Shown: positions 60,440 to 64,000 of the stretch, in pieces | Layout of the letters: each line of letters opens with the position of its first letter | Position numbering within the stretch: the stretch's first letter is position 1 | Assembly (NCBI GenBank): GCA_964036045.1 | Contig: OZ038378.1 | Span: 125,984,001 to 126,048,000, forward strand | Direction of reading: 5' to 3' | From: Eutreptiella sp. 'Long Island Sound 2002' | Lineage: Eukaryota > Protista > Euglenida | Length of the DNA: 64,000 bases | Notes under the pieces: generated by a model | Databases searched by the model: none | What the model was told of the DNA's origin: nothing | The model's input: only the letters and a program-made list of their open reading frames with translations | Position numbers and translations under genes: made by a program

Positions 60440-63169
60440 TTGATCCTGCGCTCCGTGGCTCAGACAACACCACCCGCCATGGATAAGATAATAACCTCCT
60501 CTCCAAGCTTATTACGTGGTAGCAGTTCCGGTTCCCCAATCGGGGCCACATGGGGCGATGTTAAACACCCCAACCTCTCCCCTCAAGCAATGGAAATTGT
60601 TGGGAAGCACGCCCCGCGATCAGCCCCGAAGCACAAACTTAAGGTCCGGTCGTCGTCCTCTCCTCCTACCTCGCGAAGGGTCAATTATGGCCAAGGTCAG
60701 GGTAGTGAGTTAGCTAGCCACACGGTGCATCATGAGTTGTACAATGTAGCAAGTGGTATAGGAGGTATTAGTGTTAAGCGTGGGCGACTGGATGATGGGA
60801 CCGCCGAGACGGACATAGCTATGCCGTCTTGGGTGATTAATACCCTTGTGAAAAGGGTGGTTCGGGCCATGCGAGGAAAGCCCAAAAGTGGGGCTTCACG
60901 GGGGTCCGATAAGGATGTACCAAATGTACCAATGGACTCCCAACCCGAACCCCAATCGGAGGATGCAGCGACCGGTGTAGTAGGTGCGGTACTTAGTCAG
61001 CTTCGTAGGCAATCGGCGGCACACGGCGAAGAACTCCGCCTCTAAAAGGGTGCACATCAGGCGTTAGGGTCCGAGGCCACCAGGGCAATGGAGGTGGCCA
61101 GGGAAGCATCCCAAAAGGCCCAATTGGCCTCCGAAGCAGCGGGCCGAAGTGCCGCTACGGCAAAGGGGGCCAACACGCGGACGACCGCGTTGCGCGACGA
61201 CGTCTGTCACATCAACCTGAGGCTCGACGATCACGGGGCAGCCACACGGGCAGACGGAGAGGCCTTGCGGGGCCGTATACAGGCCTTGGAGGAGACCAAC
61301 GCCGCCGGGGGCAGCCACAGCCCGCCGAGCGACGCCGCTGCCGAGGTCCGGGCGGCCGAGGTGACCATCGAGGCAACCAAGAGAGACGTTGCGGCCATGT
61401 CGGCCGACGCCAAGGCTGCAGTTGCCGCTGGGGAGTTACTTCGGGGTACCAAAGCCATCCTGGAGGGGCTCCAGGTCGAGGTGCGCTCCGCACGCAGCGG
61501 GGGTGCCCAGCACACCAAGGACATCATGGAGATCACGGAGACCGTCCGAAGCGTCAACGAGACGGCCACCCTCGCAATGCAGGGTGCCGAGGAGGCAACA
61601 ACGGCCATCGACAAGATTAAGAGGGACGCCGCCGCCACACGGGAAACCGCCATCGCCAATAGCAAGTCCATCGACACCACGAGGCGCGACGTGGACGCTG
61701 CGTGGAGCGACATCACCGGTCTCCGCGACGACATCAAGAAGATCGAGGCAGCTGCGGAGGGCAGCACCCAAACCCTCCAGCGGCTGCGGCTGGACATGGA
61801 CGCTAACGTCAAGACCTCCGAGAGCGACGCGAAGCCAGCAAGCCAACGGGCAGCCACAGCCCAAGGAGCTGCCGACGAAGCGAAGACGGACGCGGCTGCC
61901 CTGCGCAGGGAGCTGCAGGCAGCCCAAGCCAAGGTCGAGGCCCACGCCGCGGCAGTCCAGACAGCCAAGCGGGAAGCGGCTGACGCACGGCAGCAAGCTG
62001 CTGCAGCGGGGGACGTCGTCAAGCTCCTCCAGCAGCGGATCGCCGCCGTCGAACAGAAGAACGAGTTGCGGTACAAAGCCCTGCAACGGGCGGCAGACAC
62101 AACCCAAGCATCGCAAGAGGCCGAGGCCGAGAGGGTTAGGGCTCAGTTTCAGGCAGTTCATGGCGCCAAGGAGGATTGGCAAACCGCCGTCGCCGTAGAG
62201 GTAGAGTCTCTTAGAGGTATGGAGGCTGAGCTAGTAAAAGCACCAGTCGCAAACACCTCCATTGGACAGGCAAGCATGCATGATAGTGCAGAATTTGCTG
62301 AATGGGTTCAAGAAGCTCGGAAAGCTGCTCTAACAGCCAAATCATAGGCAGATAGAGCCGAGTTGATGCGTTCCAGTGTGGAACCGATGCAAAGTTTGCA
62401 TTGGCCAGCCCAGGAGGACGCAGTGGGGAGGGCTGAGGCGGCATCACTGGAGGCTAGGCAAGTTGTTGTTCCTACCCGGGAGGGCTGCAATACTTATGTG
62501 CAAAATGCACGTAAATTGGCCGGGGAAGCGCAAGCAGCTTAAGAGAGAATGGCGCAACAGCCCCCGCCCCCCACGCCAGGTCCCACGCCGTCTGGGTTGG
62601 GTGATTTTCAACAAACGGCTCAACAATGGTTGAAGGAATGTGAAGCAAGTGCCTCGGTGGCTCGCCAACATGCTGAGAATGCCAGCGAGTTTGCAAGAAG
62701 AGCGAATTTAAGTGCTGGCCAAGCAGCGAAATGCGCGGAGAGCATCAAAGATGCTGCTCATCGTGCAATAGGTGAATCACCGGGCGGTACGGAACCGCCC
62801 CAGCCGTTTGTGACTGAACTGAAGTTTGAAATTGGACAATTGCAGTCTCAATTTCGTGACTTGAAACAGAAAATTGGCCAGAAAGTCATTGAATTTGTTG
62901 ATTTGGTGTCCGACGTCAAAATAGACACTTGCCATAGGTTGGACGACTTGGATGGCAAATTGGCGAGGCACTCAGCCACAGGGTCATCCCCCAAAGGAGG
63001 TCCGAGTATGGATGGCCTTGAAGCTGACATAGAGCAATTCCGAGATGAGCTGAACGACGTTTGGGGACAAATGGAGGCGGACGCCGAGGCATATGATTAC
63101 TTGGATGAGCTCTTGACGCAGTTGGAAAACAGGACGACTCCAAGTCTAAGGGAATGGGGGCTCATTTAA
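60440..63169 (+). pseudogene. About 910-codon Ala/Glu/Gln-rich coiled-coil frame, probably a gag-like ORF of the LTR element; 3 internal stops; 3' end cut by repeats
   Basis: ORFs 60440-61045, 61088-62347 and 62549-63169 are in one frame, interrupted only by TAA 61043, TAG 62345 and TAA 62540. Heptad-like throughout. It ends where the 162-bp repeats begin. Confidence 0.65.
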
Positions 63170-64000
63170 CTTGGTCAAAAACGTGTTTTTCCAAAACTCA
63201 TCCTTGACCATTTGGGATGCTCAAACAAGTATTTTTGGCCGGTTTTGAGCCCGCGGTGACGCGTCATGGCCCACGGAGAATCCCAAAATGCCGTGAAAAT
63301 GGGCCGTTGTGGGACCAAAAAAAGGTCAAAAATGGGTCAAAACCGCGTTTTGCCAAAAGTAATCCTATACCATTTGGGATGCTGAAACAAGTATTTTCGG
63401 CCCATTTTGAAATTGTGGTGACGTGTTTTGGCCGATGGAAAATCCCAAAATGCTCAAAAAACGGCCCGCTTTGAGAGCGAAATTGAGTGAAAAATGGGTC
63501 AAAAACGCGCTTTTCCAAAAATGACCCTGGACCATTGGGGGTGCACAAACGGATGCCCAACAAAAACTTTTGCAGTCGTGAATCTAGTGCGACACCTACA
63601 AAAGAGTGTGTGCATTGATATCCGGGCATCACTTTTGTTTTAAAGTTTAGCTTAAAATTGCGTTCGCTTTTAATTTTTATGCAATTTTCGGTTTTCAACG
63701 AGGAACTTTGAAGGGCCAACGGTGGGTCCACCAGGGTCCCCCGGGCGAAAAAAATTATTTTTTCCAAACCAATAGACCACTTGGGATGCTCAACAAAGTG
63801 TTTTTGGCCCGTTTTGAGCTCGTGGTGACGCGTTTTGGGCCATGGAAAATCCCAAGATGCCTTGAAAATGGGCCGTTTTGGGCCCATAAATGGGTCGGTG
63901 AAAAATGGGTCCGCCGTGCGCGGGCCGGGCTGCCCTCCGGCTCCACCAAGTGACCACTAGTACGGGACTCTACGTGGCTCGTTGGGCAACTCTGAGGCTT
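63170..64000 (+). repeat. About 162-bp tandem repeat family and associated transposon-arm sequence
   Basis: ACCATT(T/G)GGG at about 63208, 63370 and 63530, plus a further unit at about 63775. The tail GCGCGGGCCGGGCTGCCCTCCGGCTCCACCAAG matches 58508-58545. Confidence 0.8.

Noticed and set aside
61231-62198. Long alternative-frame and antisense ORFs (61231-62100 minus, 61436-62182 minus, 61389-62198 plus)
   Set aside because: These are shadows of the GC-rich coiled-coil ORF.
60440-63169. Non-standard genetic code (TAA/TAG = Gln, as in some ulvophytes), suggested by three in-frame TAR stops in one long frame
   Set aside because: In the Gypsy pol, TAG and TGA also replace expected Trp codons (e.g. 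CTG AAG TAG CCG, TCG TGA CAC, AAC TGA TTT), so the stops are better explained by ordinary C>T/G>A decay.
1-64000. rRNA, spliced-leader or telomeric repeat arrays
   Set aside because: None recognised by eye on either strand; short or diverged ncRNAs cannot be excluded without Infernal or tRNAscan.

Overview
Repeat-dense eukaryotic nuclear DNA with no intact host gene; most short six-frame ORFs are artefacts of GC-rich repeats. A decayed light-harvesting chlorophyll a/b protein fragment (49961-50104) points to a chl a/b alga (green alga or euglenophyte; not resolvable from this window). The window is a nested transposon graveyard. It holds degenerate tandem arrays and foldbacks, two segmental duplications (about 2.3 kb and about 4.5 kb units), a decayed Ty3/Gypsy chromovirus pol, an LTR + PBS + very long coiled-coil gag-like frame, and probable LINE remnants. 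The most notable content is two different decayed, intron-containing transposases whose motif order resembles the RAG1 core/Transib family (9530-11400 minus; 24288-26203 plus). The second lies in a three-gene cassette: Cys-rich/coiled-coil gene, then transposase, then a convergent Fe(II)/2-oxoglutarate dioxygenase, with a shared short repeat motif in the putative introns. All family assignments are by-eye motif recognition, not database searches, and repeat boundaries are approximate.
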